A stretch of DNA of 64,000 bases from Candidatus Eiseniibacteriota bacterium (GCA_963725865.1 CAVSAC010000012.1:960001-1024000); one strand, 5' to 3'; counted from the first letter of the stretch, positions 18,851 through 29,314 are shown. Made by a program: numbers and translations. The notes: generated by a model from the sequence alone, not told the origin.

Positions 18851-20191
18851 ATGCGCGCGATCCACATCCGGGGCTCGGTGCTGGTCGTCCTCGCCTCGCT
18901 GCTGGCGGGGTCGCCGCCCGCGCGCGCGGCCGACTCGACCTGGGTCGACCACGCGCGCGCCGCGCAGGCCGCGCACGCCGCGGGAGACGTGGCGGGCTAC
19001 CGCGGTGAGCTGCTGCGCGTGCGTGCGGCGATCGGCGAGACCCCGGGAGTGACGTACGGTCTCGCCCGCGCGGCCGCGCGGCTCGGAGGACGCGCCGAGG
19101 CGCTCGCCGGGCTCGAGACCTACGCGCGTGCCGGGCTGGTACGCGATCTCGCCGCGGACTCCGATCTGGTCTCGCTGCGCGGTGACCCGCGCTACCAGCG
19201 CGTGGCGGAGCGGCTGGCCGCGAACGGCCGGCCGCTCGGTCAGGCGGTGACCGCGCACGCGTTCGAGGATGCCGCGCTGTTGCCCGAGGACCTGGCCTTC
19301 GACGCCGACGCGCGGTGCACGTTCGTGAGCAGCATCCATCGCGCGCTCGTCCTGCGGGTGGACGGCCGCGGCGTGGAGCGGGAGTTCGCGCAGGCGCCCG
19401 CCGGGCGCCGCTGGGGCCTGTTCGCGCTCGGCATCGACGGCCCGCGGCGGTGGCTGTGGGCGAGCGCGGCCGCGACCGCCACTTGTGCCGAATGGGATAC
19501 CGCCGACGCCGGGCGCAGCGGGCTGTTCGCGTGGGACCTGCGGACCGGGGTACTCGTCCGCACCCTCGAGGTCGCGCGGGACGGGCGCCCGCACGTCCTC
19601 GGAGACCTGTGCGTGGCGCCGGACGGCGCGGTCGTGGTCTCGGACTCGCGCTCCGGTGAGATATTGCGGCTGGCCGTGGGAGCGGATTCGCTCGCCACGC
19701 TGGTGCCGAGGGGCACGTTCGGCTCGCCGCAGGGAGTGACGATGGCGGCCGACAGGCGCAGCGTCTTCGTGGCGGACTACCCGCGCGGCATCGCGCGCGT
19801 GGAACTGGCCACCGGACGGGTGCGGTGGCTCGGCTTCCCGCCGGGCGTGGCGCTGCAGGGGATCGATGGCCTCTACCGCGTCGGTCACGATCTCGTCGCG
19901 ATCCAGAACGGCGTGCAGCCGCATCGCGTCATGCGCTTCCACCTGGATGGCAGCGGCACCCGGGTGACCGGCGGGGAGCCGCTGCTGAGCGCACTTCCGG
20001 AGCTGGGCGAGCCCAGCCATGCCGCGATCGTGGGCGACGCGCTGGTGGTGCTCGCTCGCACCGGATGGGATCGCGTCGGCGCGGACGAGCTCCTGCCCGA
20101 GCGCGCGGACGATCCGCCGCCGCTGCTGCTGCGAGTGCCGCTGCGGGCGGGCGCCAAGAACGCGGTGAGCACCCGAAGCTCGGCGCACTGA
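18851..20191 (+). CDS. Exported protein with helical N-domain and SMP-30/NHL-like beta-propeller
   Basis: Signal peptide; PEDLAFD, VVVSDS, SPQGV, FVADY, GIDGLY, IQNG. Confidence 0.65.
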   Translation: MRAIHIRGSVLVVLASLLAGSPPARAADSTWVDHARAAQAAHAAGDVAGYRGELLRVRAAIGETPGVTYGLARAAARLGGRAEALAGLETYARAGLVRDLAADSDLVSLRGDPRYQRVAERLAANGRPLGQAVTAHAFEDAALLPEDLAFDADARCTFVSSIHRALVLRVDGRGVEREFAQAPAGRRWGLFALGIDGPRRWLWASAAATATCAEWDTADAGRSGLFAWDLRTGVLVRTLEVARDGRPHVLGDLCVAPDGAVVVSDSRSGEILRLAVGADSLATLVPRGTFGSPQGVTMAADRRSVFVADYPRGIARVELATGRVRWLGFPPGVALQGIDGLYRVGHDLVAIQNGVQPHRVMRFHLDGSGTRVTGGEPLLSALPELGEPSHAAIVGDALVVLARTGWDRVGADELLPERADDPPPLLLRVPLRAGAKNAVSTRSSAH

Positions 20192-20383
20192 AGGCGCGGC
20201 GTTCACGCGCGCGCCGCGGGTCGACGTGCCGCGCGCGTCGCCGTGCCGGGCGTGGTAGTTTCCTGCGCGGGATCGCCGGACCCGCATCGTATCGATCGGG
20301 CCCGGCCTCCACCGCAATCGGATGCGCCGCCCGCTCGGCCCCCGAGGCCGTCGGCGGCGCATGACGCGACCAGGGAGGACGCC

Positions 20384-22843
20384 ATGCTACCGATCGAGTC
20401 GGAGCCCCGCGCGCGGATCGAGGGGCATCGCTGGACCGCGCGAATCCGTCGAATGGGCCACGCCCGTCACCGCCTGTGCGTGTCGCTGGGAGTGCTCGCG
20501 TGCATGCTGCTCGTCTCTCGCACGGCGTCCGCCCAGGGAGTCCGTGAGGACATCTGGGTCACCGACGGATCGGTGAACACCGTCGCGCTCTCCGGCAACA
20601 CGCTCTACCTGGCCGGTGCGTTCTCGCGGGTCGGCCCGCCGACCGGCGGCGGCGTGCCGCTCGGCACCCCGTTCGCGCTGCCGGTGGTCGGATTCCCGAA
20701 GGTCACCGGCTCGGTGCTCGTCGCGGTGCCCGACGGCTCGGGCGGCTGGTACATCGGCGGACGCTTCTCCAGCGTGGGTGGGGTGCCGCGGGCGAACGTC
20801 GCGCGGATCCTCTCGAACATGACGGTGTCGTCGTGGAATCCGGGCGCCAATGGCCAGGTCATCGCCATCGCGCTGAGCGGCGGCACGGTATTCCTGGGAG
20901 GGACGTTCACGAGCGTCGGTGGACAGCTGCGCGACTACATCGCCGCCATCGAGGCCGCCACGGGCCTCGCCACCGTCTGGAATGCCGGCTCCGACGGCAT
21001 CGTCGAAGCGCTGACGGTGACGGGGTCGACGTTGTACGCGGGCGGACTGTTCTCGACCATCGGCGGGCAATCGCGCACGGGGATCGCCGCGCTCGAGATC
21101 GCCTCGGCGAATGCGACCGCCTGGAATCCGGGCGTCGACGGACCGGTGATCGCCATGGCGGTGAGCGGGACGAACGTCTACGTGGGCGGCGTGTTCGCGA
21201 ACGCGGGCGGCCAGCCGCGTTCGAACATCGCGGCGCTCAACACCGTGAGCGGACTCGCCAGCGCGTGGAATCCCGACGCCAATGGCGCGGTCTACGCGAT
21301 CGCGGTGAGCGGGACGAAGGTCTACGCGGGCGGCGACTTCTCGGTGATCGGCGGGCAGCCGCGTCCGTTCCTCGCGGCGCTCGACAACACCGCGGGCACG
21401 GCGACGAGTTGGGCGCCGGCCGCGAACGGAAGCGTGTTCGGCATCGCCGCGGGCAGCACGATCTTCGTGGGCGGACTCTTCACGTCGGTCGGCGGTCAGC
21501 CGCGGTCGAACCTCGCCGGCCTCGATGCCAACAGCGGGCTGGCCACCAGCTGGAACCCGAGCGCGAACCTGCAGGTGTTCACCGTGACGCTCAGCTCCAG
21601 CATCGTGTACGCGGGCGGTGACTTCACGAGCCTGGGCGGCATCGCACGCAACAACGTCGCGGCCCTGGACGTCCGTACCGGCCAGCCCCTGGCGTGGAAC
21701 CCCAACGCCGACGGCCCGGTGAACTCGCTGCTGGTGAGCGGGAGCACCGTGTACCTGGGCGGCGGGTTCACGCAGGTCGGCGCGCAGTCGCGGCCCTTCC
21801 TCGCCTCCGTCAACGCCACGACCGGCGCGGTGAGCGCGTGGAATCCGGCTGCCAATGGGGCGGTGCTCGCGCTCGCTCCGGGCGCGACCGTGGTCTACGC
21901 CGGCGGTGACTTCACCGACATTGGCGGACAGTCGCGCAGCTTCGTCGCCGCGATCGACGCCACGAGCGGCGTGCCGACGAGCTGGAATCCTTCCGCGAAT
22001 GGCAGCGTGTACGCGCTCTCGCTCGCCGGCGGCACCCTGTACGCCGGGGGCGGATTCACCAACATCGGTGGGCAGGACCGTTCGCGAATCGCCGCACTCT
22101 CGACGTCCACGGGGCTCGCGAGCGCGTGGAATCCCGCCGCGGACGGCGTGGTCAACGCGCTGACCCTGAACGGGACGACGATGTACGTGGGCGGCGACTT
22201 CCTCAGCATCGGGGGGCAATCGCGCTCGCGGATCGCCGCACTGTCGACCACCACCGGGCTCGCGAGCGGGTGGAACCCCGGGGCGGACGGCGTGGTGTAC
22301 GCGCTGCTCGTGGCTCCCACCACCGTGTACGTGGGCGGCGGATTCGCTTCCGTCGGGGGCCAGACGCGCAACTACATGGCGGCGATCGATCCCGTCAGCG
22401 GACTCGCGAGCACGTGGAACCCGATCATGGGCGGCGGCGTCTCGGGGATCGCGGCCGATGCGACGAACGTGTACCTCGTGGGCTCGTTCATGAGCGTGAG
22501 CGGCCTCCCCTCGAGCGGGGTGGCCGGCATCACCGTCACCACCGCCGACGTGGATCCGGCGCCGGCATCGGCGCCGCTGGCGCTGGGTCCGATCGCGCCG
22601 AATCCCGCCCGCGGAGCGGTGGGCCTGGAGTTCTCGCTCGCCGCGGCCGGCCGGGTGCGACTCTCGGTGTTCGACGTGGCCGGACGCGAGGTCGCGCGGT
22701 TGGCGGACGGGGACTTCGCTCCAGGGCGGCACCGCGTCGAGTGGGACGGCGCGGAGAGTGGGAGAGCGCCCGCGGGGCTCTACTTCGTACGGCTCGAGGC
22801 GGAGGGCCGACAGCGGATGCAGCGGCTGGTGCTGCTGCGCTGA
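20384..22843 (+). CDS. Secreted beta-propeller repeat protein with FlgD-Ig/T9SS-CTD-like C-terminus
   Basis: GGAGG RBS, signal ending ASA-Q, about 14 repeats of ~48 aa, C-terminal PNP...VFDVAGR.V..L...WDG...GLYFVRL. Confidence 0.8.
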   Translation: MLPIESEPRARIEGHRWTARIRRMGHARHRLCVSLGVLACMLLVSRTASAQGVREDIWVTDGSVNTVALSGNTLYLAGAFSRVGPPTGGGVPLGTPFALPVVGFPKVTGSVLVAVPDGSGGWYIGGRFSSVGGVPRANVARILSNMTVSSWNPGANGQVIAIALSGGTVFLGGTFTSVGGQLRDYIAAIEAATGLATVWNAGSDGIVEALTVTGSTLYAGGLFSTIGGQSRTGIAALEIASANATAWNPGVDGPVIAMAVSGTNVYVGGVFANAGGQPRSNIAALNTVSGLASAWNPDANGAVYAIAVSGTKVYAGGDFSVIGGQPRPFLAALDNTAGTATSWAPAANGSVFGIAAGSTIFVGGLFTSVGGQPRSNLAGLDANSGLATSWNPSANLQVFTVTLSSSIVYAGGDFTSLGGIARNNVAALDVRTGQPLAWNPNADGPVNSLLVSGSTVYLGGGFTQVGAQSRPFLASVNATTGAVSAWNPAANGAVLALAPGATVVYAGGDFTDIGGQSRSFVAAIDATSGVPTSWNPSANGSVYALSLAGGTLYAGGGFTNIGGQDRSRIAALSTSTGLASAWNPAADGVVNALTLNGTTMYVGGDFLSIGGQSRSRIAALSTTTGLASGWNPGADGVVYALLVAPTTVYVGGGFASVGGQTRNYMAAIDPVSGLASTWNPIMGGGVSGIAADATNVYLVGSFMSVSGLPSSGVAGITVTTADVDPAPASAPLALGPIAPNPARGAVGLEFSLAAAGRVRLSVFDVAGREVARLADGDFAPGRHRVEWDGAESGRAPAGLYFVRLEAEGRQRMQRLVLLR
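20552..22530 (+). repeat. Coding tandem repeat, ~144 bp unit (WNP.ANG.V.ALA.SG.T.Y.GG.FT..GGQ.R..IAA)
   Basis: 12 clear W(N/A)(P/A) units plus 2 divergent N-terminal units; recurring TGGAA(T/C)CC in DNA. Confidence 0.85.
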
Positions 22844-23016
22844 ACACGCGACGACGGGCGGGTTCGCCGACGGCTCGCTCCGTGGGGCCGCGGTCGGTGA
22901 TGCTTCGATTCCGGCCGCCGTCGCAGGCTGTCGTCGCAGGTTTGCGCGCGAGGCCGCGGCGCCGCTATCCTCCCACCGCGAATGCCGCATCGATCGGGGT
23001 CCGAAGGAGCCAACGC

Positions 23017-23463
23017 ATGATCAAGGAACTCGGACAGGGGCTCGGCGTCACGTTCGAAAACCTGTTCAAGAAGCCATTCACCGTCCAGTACCCGGACGAG
23101 AAGCTCACGATGTTCCCGAGGTTCCGCGGACGCCACATCCTCGCGCGTCACGCGGACGGCCTCGAGCGCTGCGTCGGATGCGAACTGTGCGCGGTGGCCT
23201 GCCCCGCGGACGCGATCTTCGTCAAGGCGGCCGAGAACGATCCGCAGGCGCCCAAGTCCCACGGCGAGCGCTACGCCGAGCGGTACGAGATCAACATGAT
23301 CCGGTGCATCTTCTGCGGCATGTGTGAAGAGGCGTGCCCGGAGGACGCGATCTGGCTCGAGAAGGACTACGAGCTCTCGGACTACAGCCGCGACAGCTTC
23401 ATCTACACCAAGGACGAGCTGGTCGTCCCGATGGAGCAGTCGGGCTATCTCCCAGCGCGCTGA
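23017..23463 (+). CDS. nuoI: NADH-quinone oxidoreductase subunit I (stand-alone)
   Basis: TVQYP, RFRGRH, CVGCELCAVACP, CIFCGMCEEACP; RBS AAGGAG. Confidence 0.92.
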   Translation: MIKELGQGLGVTFENLFKKPFTVQYPDEKLTMFPRFRGRHILARHADGLERCVGCELCAVACPADAIFVKAAENDPQAPKSHGERYAERYEINMIRCIFCGMCEEACPEDAIWLEKDYELSDYSRDSFIYTKDELVVPMEQSGYLPAR

Positions 23464-23487
23464 GCGCGCTCGAGCGGATGTGGACGG

Positions 23488-23511
23488 CGGCGGGCCGGCG
23501 GGCCCGCCGTT
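23488..23511 (+). terminator. Possible terminator hairpin after nuoI
   Basis: CGGCGGGCC-GGCG-GGCCCGCCG followed by TT. Confidence 0.4.
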
Positions 23512-23711
23512 CGCCGTTCGGGGCGACCCTCCGATCGTCGGCCCCGGGTCCGGCGCGGATCCGCGTCGCGCGGTGGAAGGATGGCGTCGCGGGCACGAAC
23601 ACCCGGCGTTCCACATGCGCACGCGGCGGCATCACGGGCACTTCGAGAAGTGTTCGAGCTGCCGGCGGGATAGGCCTGTGGGAGAAGCGCTTGGGGCGCC
23701 GGGTTCGCGCA

Positions 23712-23727
23712 TGGCACGACGCCTGCG
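23712..23727 (+). promoter_or_regulatory. sigma54 (-24/-12) promoter upstream of hsp20
   Basis: TGGCACG-ACGC-CTGC, GG-N10-GC spacing. Confidence 0.65.
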
Positions 23728-23828
23728 GTAGCCAGGTCGAGAACGACCGAGGACACCGGAGGCCGTCCGGGAGCAGGTCCCGTCGTCAGGGACACCTCGC
23801 GGGAGCGAGGCATCAGGAGGAATCGATC

Positions 23829-24287
23829 ATGGCACTCATCCGCTGGCAACCCATCCACCCGGCCCGCGACTTCGTGCGCATGCAGAGCGACCTCGACCGC
23901 CTGTTCGACGGCGTCTTCCAGCCGAGCGCGCTGCGGCCACGATTCGAGCTCGAGACTGCCCCGGCCGTCGACATCGAGGAGGACACCGAGGGGTTCGTGC
24001 TCCGTGCGGATCTGCCGGGAGTGCAGCAGAAGGACGTCAAAGTGCACCTGTACGGGGACACGCTGACCATCCGCGGTGAGCGCGATCTGGCGAGCGAGCG
24101 CAACGAGAAGGGCGCGCATCGCGTGGAGCGCTACTCCGGCGTGTTCGAGCGCACGTTCACGCTCGGCGTGCCGGTGCGAGCCGATCAGGTGAAGGCCGTG
24201 TTCCACGACGGCGTGCTCGAGATCCGCGTGCCGAAGGCCGACGAGGCGCGGACCCGCGAGATCGAGATCCAGGTCGCGAAGTCGTAG
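23829..24287 (+). CDS. Hsp20/alpha-crystallin small heat-shock protein
   Basis: PAVDIEE, ADLPGV, LTIRGER, ERYSGVFERTF, DGVLEIRVPK; RBS AGGAGG. Confidence 0.93.
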   Translation: MALIRWQPIHPARDFVRMQSDLDRLFDGVFQPSALRPRFELETAPAVDIEEDTEGFVLRADLPGVQQKDVKVHLYGDTLTIRGERDLASERNEKGAHRVERYSGVFERTFTLGVPVRADQVKAVFHDGVLEIRVPKADEARTREIEIQVAKS

Positions 24288-24374
24288 GCCACATCCCCGA
24301 CGCGGACCGAGCCGCCCGGATGGACCGGCCGGCCTCGATCCGCAGGTCCCGAGACACAGAAGGATGGGTTCGCG

Positions 24375-26282
24375 ATGGGCAAGGTCATCGGTATCGATCT
24401 GGGCACCACCAACTCGTGCGTCGCGGTCATGGAGGGTGGCGAGCCCAAGGTGATCCCGAACGCCGAGGGCTTCCGGACCACGCCGTCGGTGGTGGCGTTC
24501 GCCAAGAGCGGGGAGCGTTTGGTGGGGCTCGTCGCCCGTCGCCAGTCGGTCACCAACCCCCGCAACACCATCTACTCGATCAAGCGCTTCATGGGCCGCA
24601 AGCACGACGAGGTCTCGAGCGAGATGAAGCTCGTGCCCTACGAGGTCGTGCGCGGCGCGAACGGAGATGCCCGCGTGAAGGGCGGAGACGGCGAGTTCTC
24701 CCCGCCCGAGATCTCCGCGATGATCCTGCAGAAGATGCGGCAGACCGCGGAGGACTACCTCGGCGAGAAGGTGACGGAGGCGGTCGTCACCGTGCCGGCC
24801 TACTTCAACGACAGCCAGCGCCAGGCGACGAAGGACGCCTGTCGCATCGCCGGGCTCGACGTCAAGCGGATCATCAACGAGCCCACTGCGGCCGCGCTCG
24901 CGTATGGACTCGACAAGAAGAAGGACGAAAAGGTCGCGGTGTTCGACCTGGGCGGCGGCACCTTCGACATCTCGATCCTCGAGATCGGTGACGGCGTGTT
25001 CGAGGTGCGCTCGACCAACGGCGACACCCACCTGGGCGGCGATGACTTCGACCAGATGGTGATCGACTGGCTCGCGGAGGAGTTCCGGAAGCAGGAGGGA
25101 ATCGACCTGCGCAAGGACCCGATGGCGCTCCAGCGGCTCAAGGAAGCCGCGGAGAAGGCCAAGTGCGAGCTGTCGGGCACGCTGCAGACCGACGTCAACC
25201 TCCCGTTCATCACCGCCGACGCGAACGGGCCGAAGCACCTCAACATCACCCTCACCCGCGCGCGGCTCGAGCAGATCGTGGCGCCGCTGGTCGAGCGCTG
25301 CCGCGGGCCGGTGCTGCAGGCGCTCAAGGACGCCGGACTGGCGGCCCCGCAGGTCGACGAGGTCGTGCTGGTGGGCGGCTCCACCCGCATGCCCCGCGTC
25401 CAGGAGCTCGTCAAGGAGATCTTCGGCAAGGAGCCGCACAAGGGCGTCAATCCCGACGAGGTGGTCGCCATCGGGGCCGCGATCCAGGGTGCGGTGCTCG
25501 CCGGCGAGGTCCGCGACGTGGTGCTGCTCGACGTGACTCCGCTGTCGCTCGGCATCGAGACGCTCGGCGGCGTGATGACCACGCTGATCCAGCGCAACAC
25601 CACCATCCCGACCAAGAAGAGCGAGGTCTTCTCGACCGCCTCCGACAGCCAGCCGTCGGTGGAGATCCTCGTGCTGCAGGGCGAGCGCAAGATGTCGGCG
25701 GACAACAAGAGCCTCGGGCGCTTCCACCTGGACGGCCTCCCGCCGGCTCCGCGCGGCGTGCCGCAGATCGAAGTCACGTTCGACATCGACGCGAACGGCA
25801 TCCTGCACGTCTCGGCCAAGGACCGCGCGACGGGCAAGGAGCAGAGCATCCGGATCGAGGCGTCGAGCGGTCTCCAGGAGACCGAGATCAAGCGCATGGT
25901 CCAGGACGCCGAGGAGCACGCCGAGGAGGATCGGACTCGTCGCGAGGCGGCCGATACGCGCAACCGCGGCGAAGCGCTGGCCTACGACGTGGAGAAGAAC
26001 CTCAAGGAGCATGGGGACAAGATCGACGGCGCGCTCAAGAGCCGCATCGAGGACGCGCTGACGAGGCAGAAGGACGCCCTGAAGTCGGGCGTGACCGAGG
26101 CCATCAAGTCCGCCAGCGACGTGCTGCAGCAGGCTTGGCACGAGGCGGCGGCGGCGCTCTATCAGAAGAGCGCCCCGGGCGCGGACACGCCGCCTCCCCC
26201 GGGCGGGCCGTCCGAAGGTGGTCCGAAGCGCAAGGACGGCGGGGACGGGGCGGTGGACGCCGACTACGAAGTCGTGAACTGA
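24375..26282 (+). CDS. dnaK: Chaperone DnaK
   Basis: [42 protein letters not shown]. Confidence 0.99.
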   Translation: MGKVIGIDLGTTNSCVAVMEGGEPKVIPNAEGFRTTPSVVAFAKSGERLVGLVARRQSVTNPRNTIYSIKRFMGRKHDEVSSEMKLVPYEVVRGANGDARVKGGDGEFSPPEISAMILQKMRQTAEDYLGEKVTEAVVTVPAYFNDSQRQATKDACRIAGLDVKRIINEPTAAALAYGLDKKKDEKVAVFDLGGGTFDISILEIGDGVFEVRSTNGDTHLGGDDFDQMVIDWLAEEFRKQEGIDLRKDPMALQRLKEAAEKAKCELSGTLQTDVNLPFITADANGPKHLNITLTRARLEQIVAPLVERCRGPVLQALKDAGLAAPQVDEVVLVGGSTRMPRVQELVKEIFGKEPHKGVNPDEVVAIGAAIQGAVLAGEVRDVVLLDVTPLSLGIETLGGVMTTLIQRNTTIPTKKSEVFSTASDSQPSVEILVLQGERKMSADNKSLGRFHLDGLPPAPRGVPQIEVTFDIDANGILHVSAKDRATGKEQSIRIEASSGLQETEIKRMVQDAEEHAEEDRTRREAADTRNRGEALAYDVEKNLKEHGDKIDGALKSRIEDALTRQKDALKSGVTEAIKSASDVLQQAWHEAAAALYQKSAPGADTPPPPGGPSEGGPKRKDGGDGAVDADYEVVN

Positions 26283-26297
26283 CCTCGGTTTGACCTC

Positions 26298-26335
26298 ACG
26301 GCGGCGGGAGCGGGTATGCTCCCGTCGCCGTTCGT
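26298..26335 (+). terminator. Hairpin after dnaK
   Basis: ACGGCGGCGGGAGC-GGGTAT-GCTCCCGTCGCCGT, 14-bp stem with one G-U. Confidence 0.65.
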
Positions 26336-26391
26336 GCGTTGGTCACGGCGACCGACGTGCGGCGCGTCGACCCTTCACCCAGGATCTCGCG

Positions 26392-27990
26392 ATGTCGCTC
26401 CCGCTGCCCCCTGCCCTGTGGATCGCCCTCGGTCAGGGCGCGGCCGGGCTCGCGTACGGGGCGGTCCAGCTCGCGATGCTGTTCTACGCCGTGCACCGCG
26501 CCGTGGTCCTGGTGCGCTGGTGGCGCGGGCGGCGGCGACCCCTCGCAGCTCCCGCGCCGCCAGCGGAGTGGCCGGTGGTCACGGTCCAGCTGCCGGTCTA
26601 CGACGAGCGGCGGGTCGTCGAGCGGCTGATCGACGCGGTGGCGGCGCTCGACTATCCGCGCGAACGACTCGAGATCCAGGTGCTGGACGACTCCACGGAC
26701 GACACGTGGACGCGTGCGGCGGTGGCGGTGGCGCGCCACCGCGCGCGCGGGATCGACGTCGTGCACCTGCGACGCTTCGGGCGCGACGGTTTCAAGGCCG
26801 GCGCGCTGGCCGCCGGGCTCACCCGCGCCCGCGGCAGCCTGCTCGCGGTGTTCGACGCCGACTTCGTTCCTCCCGCGGACTTCCTGCGACGCACGGTGCC
26901 GCACTTCTCCGATCCGCGGGTCGGCATGGTGCAGGCACGCTGGGCGCACCTGAACCGTCGCCGTTCGCTGCTCACCGCCGCGCAGGCGGCGCTGCTCGAT
27001 TCGCACTTCCTGCTCGAGCACCGCGCCCGGATGGCGAGCGGGCTGTTCTTCAACTTCAACGGCACCGCCGGGCTGTGGCGCCGGGCGTGCATCGAGGACG
27101 CCGGCGGGTGGTCGCACGATACGCTGACCGAGGACCTCGATCTCTCGTACCGCGCCCAGCTGCGGGGCTGGCGTTTCGTGTTCGATCCGAGCGTGGAGGC
27201 GCCGGCCGAACTGCCCGCCGACATGGAGGCGTTCAAGTCGCAGCAGCGTCGCTGGGCGAAGGGCTCGATCCAGACCGCGCGCAAGGTGCTGCCGGGGCTG
27301 CTGGCGGGACCGCTGCCCGCGCGCGTGAAGCTCGAGGCGTTCGTGCACCTGACCAGCAACCTGGCCTATCCGCTGCTGCTGGTGCTCGGTGCGCTGCTGC
27401 TGCCGGTCATGCTCGATCGCCGCATGCTGGCGCCCCCGCTCGCGTGGTTCGTGCAGGCGGGTGTGCTGGCGTTCGGCGTGCTGCCGGTGGTGCTGTTCCT
27501 GATCGCGGGTCAGCGCGCGAGCGGCGCGGGATGGGCGCGCGCGCTGCGCGACTCCCTCGCCGCGCTGGTGCTCGGGATGGGGATGTCCGTGAACAACGCG
27601 CGCGCGGTGTGCGAGGCGCTCGGCCCGCGCCTCGGAGACTGGGAGCGCACCCCGAAGTCGGGAGAGGGCGGCGCGCGGGCGGTGGCGCCGGGCTACCGTG
27701 CGGCGCGCAGCGCGACCGGCCGCGCCGAGCTGGCGCTGGCGCTCTATGCCGCGGGGCTCTGCGGCCTCGCGCTCGCCATCCGCCAGTGGCGCACGCTGCC
27801 GTTCGTCCTGCTGCTGCTGGCGGGCTTCCTCAGCGTGGGCTGGGCCTCGCTGCGCGATCGCCGCTCGTTTTCGCGCGCCGCCGAATCGCGCGGCCGACCC
27901 GCCGCGCCGCGCGGGGCGAGCACCAACGGAAGCGGGGCGGCGTCCATCGCCGCCCCGCCCGTCGTCCGATCCGCGACTAGAGCCGGGTGA
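26392..27990 (+). CDS. Processive GT2 glycosyltransferase (cellulose synthase-like, CslA-type)
   Basis: VQLPVYDE, DDSTD, FKAGAL, FDADF, FNGTAG, TEDLDLS, QQRRWAKG; TM helices. Confidence 0.9.
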   Translation: MSLPLPPALWIALGQGAAGLAYGAVQLAMLFYAVHRAVVLVRWWRGRRRPLAAPAPPAEWPVVTVQLPVYDERRVVERLIDAVAALDYPRERLEIQVLDDSTDDTWTRAAVAVARHRARGIDVVHLRRFGRDGFKAGALAAGLTRARGSLLAVFDADFVPPADFLRRTVPHFSDPRVGMVQARWAHLNRRRSLLTAAQAALLDSHFLLEHRARMASGLFFNFNGTAGLWRRACIEDAGGWSHDTLTEDLDLSYRAQLRGWRFVFDPSVEAPAELPADMEAFKSQQRRWAKGSIQTARKVLPGLLAGPLPARVKLEAFVHLTSNLAYPLLLVLGALLLPVMLDRRMLAPPLAWFVQAGVLAFGVLPVVLFLIAGQRASGAGWARALRDSLAALVLGMGMSVNNARAVCEALGPRLGDWERTPKSGEGGARAVAPGYRAARSATGRAELALALYAAGLCGLALAIRQWRTLPFVLLLLAGFLSVGWASLRDRRSFSRAAESRGRPAAPRGASTNGSGAASIAAPPVVRSATRAG

Positions 27991-29314
27991 TCTTGCGCGA
28001 GACCTTTCCGCGATAGGCGTTGCGCGTGTCGACCAGGCCCTTCGCATGCCGCAGCACCTCGCGGTAGGGCAGGTCCTTGTGCGCGGTCGCCACCACCACG
28101 CAGTCGAAGCGGCGCAGTGTCGCCGGCGTGAGCTTGGTGCTGCGCATCCGCTTGCCGGCGAAGTCGATCGTGGGCACGTGGGGATCGTGGAATTCGATCC
28201 GGGCGCCGTGCTCGCGCAGCTTCTCCATGATGTCGAGCGAGGGACTCTCGCGCACGTCGTCGATGTCGGCCTTGTACGCCACGCCGAGCACCAGCACCTT
28301 GGAGCCGCGAATCGCCTTGCCGCGGCGGTTGAGGTTCTCGCCCACCAACGTCACGACGTGCTCGGGCATCTGCCCGTTCACGCTGCCCGCCAGCTCGATG
28401 AAACGCGCCTCGAATCCGAACGCGCGCGCCTTCCACGACAAGTAGAACGGGTCGATCGGTATGCAGTGCCCGCCCAGCCCGGGCCCGGGATAGAAGCGCA
28501 TGAAGCCGAACGGCTTGGTGGCCGCCGCGTCGATGACCTCCCAGACGTCGACGCCGAGGCGCTTGCACATCATCGCGAGCTCGTTGACGAGGCCGATGTT
28601 CACGCTGCGGAACGTGTTCTCGAGCAGCTTCACCATCTCGGCGACCTGGCACGAGGACACGGGCACGACCGTCTCGAGCCGCTGGCGGTACAGCTCGACC
28701 GCCGCGCGCGTGCACTCGGCGGTGACGCCGCCGACCACCTTGGGGATGTTCCGCGTATTGAACTTCGGATTGCCCGGGTCGACGCGCTCCGGCGAGAACG
28801 CGAGGAAGAAGTCCTCGCCGACCTTGAGCCCGCGCGCCTCGAGCATCGGCAGCACCAGCTCCTCGGTGGTGCCGGGGTAGGTGGTGCTCTCGAGGATCAG
28901 GAGCATGCCGCGGTGCAGGTACTTCGCGACCTGCTCGAACGCCGAGACGATGAAGGACACGTCGGGGTCGCGCGACTTCGACAGCGGCGTCGGCACTGCG
29001 ACGTTCACCGCGTCCACTTTCTTCAGCACGCTGAAGTCCGTGGTGGCGACGAGATGGCCGGACTTGACCACCGCTCGCAGGTCGCGGGTCGGGACGTCCT
29101 GGATGTACGAGGTCCCGCGCTGGACCTGCCGGACGCGATCCTCGCGAAGGTCGATGCCGGTCACCCGGAAGCCGGCCTGCGCCAGCTCGACGGCGAGCGG
29201 CAGGCCCACGTATCCGAGCCCGATGACTCCGAGGTGGGCCTTGCGATCCTGGATGCGACGTATGAGTGAATCGGCCGCGGAGCGGCCACGGGTACCACGA
29301 GGGGAGCGTTTCAT
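27977..29314 (-). CDS. Nucleotide-sugar (UDP-HexNAc-type) 6-dehydrogenase
   Basis: GLGYVGLPLA, ESTTYPGTT, SPERVDPG, GGHCIPIDP, D.RESP. Confidence 0.93.
   Translation of the reverse strand: MKRSPRGTRGRSAADSLIRRIQDRKAHLGVIGLGYVGLPLAVELAQAGFRVTGIDLREDRVRQVQRGTSYIQDVPTRDLRAVVKSGHLVATTDFSVLKKVDAVNVAVPTPLSKSRDPDVSFIVSAFEQVAKYLHRGMLLILESTTYPGTTEELVLPMLEARGLKVGEDFFLAFSPERVDPGNPKFNTRNIPKVVGGVTAECTRAAVELYRQRLETVVPVSSCQVAEMVKLLENTFRSVNIGLVNELAMMCKRLGVDVWEVIDAAATKPFGFMRFYPGPGLGGHCIPIDPFYLSWKARAFGFEARFIELAGSVNGQMPEHVVTLVGENLNRRGKAIRGSKVLVLGVAYKADIDDVRESPSLDIMEKLREHGARIEFHDPHVPTIDFAGKRMRSTKLTPATLRRFDCVVVATAHKDLPYREVLRHAKGLVDTRNAYRGKVSRKITRL

Noticed and set aside
20552..22530. Regularly spaced DNA repeats resembling a CRISPR array
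   Set aside because: Degenerate at third codon positions, in-frame protein repeats; no cas genes
23445..26141. 898-aa ORF antisense to dnaK/hsp20
   Set aside because: Known shadow frame of Hsp70 genes, often mis-annotated as NAD-specific glutamate dehydrogenase; explained by codon bias
26290..26320. TTGACC...TATGCT promoter for the GT2 gene
   Set aside because: 19-bp spacer and the -10 lies in the dnaK terminator hairpin; possible but unsupported
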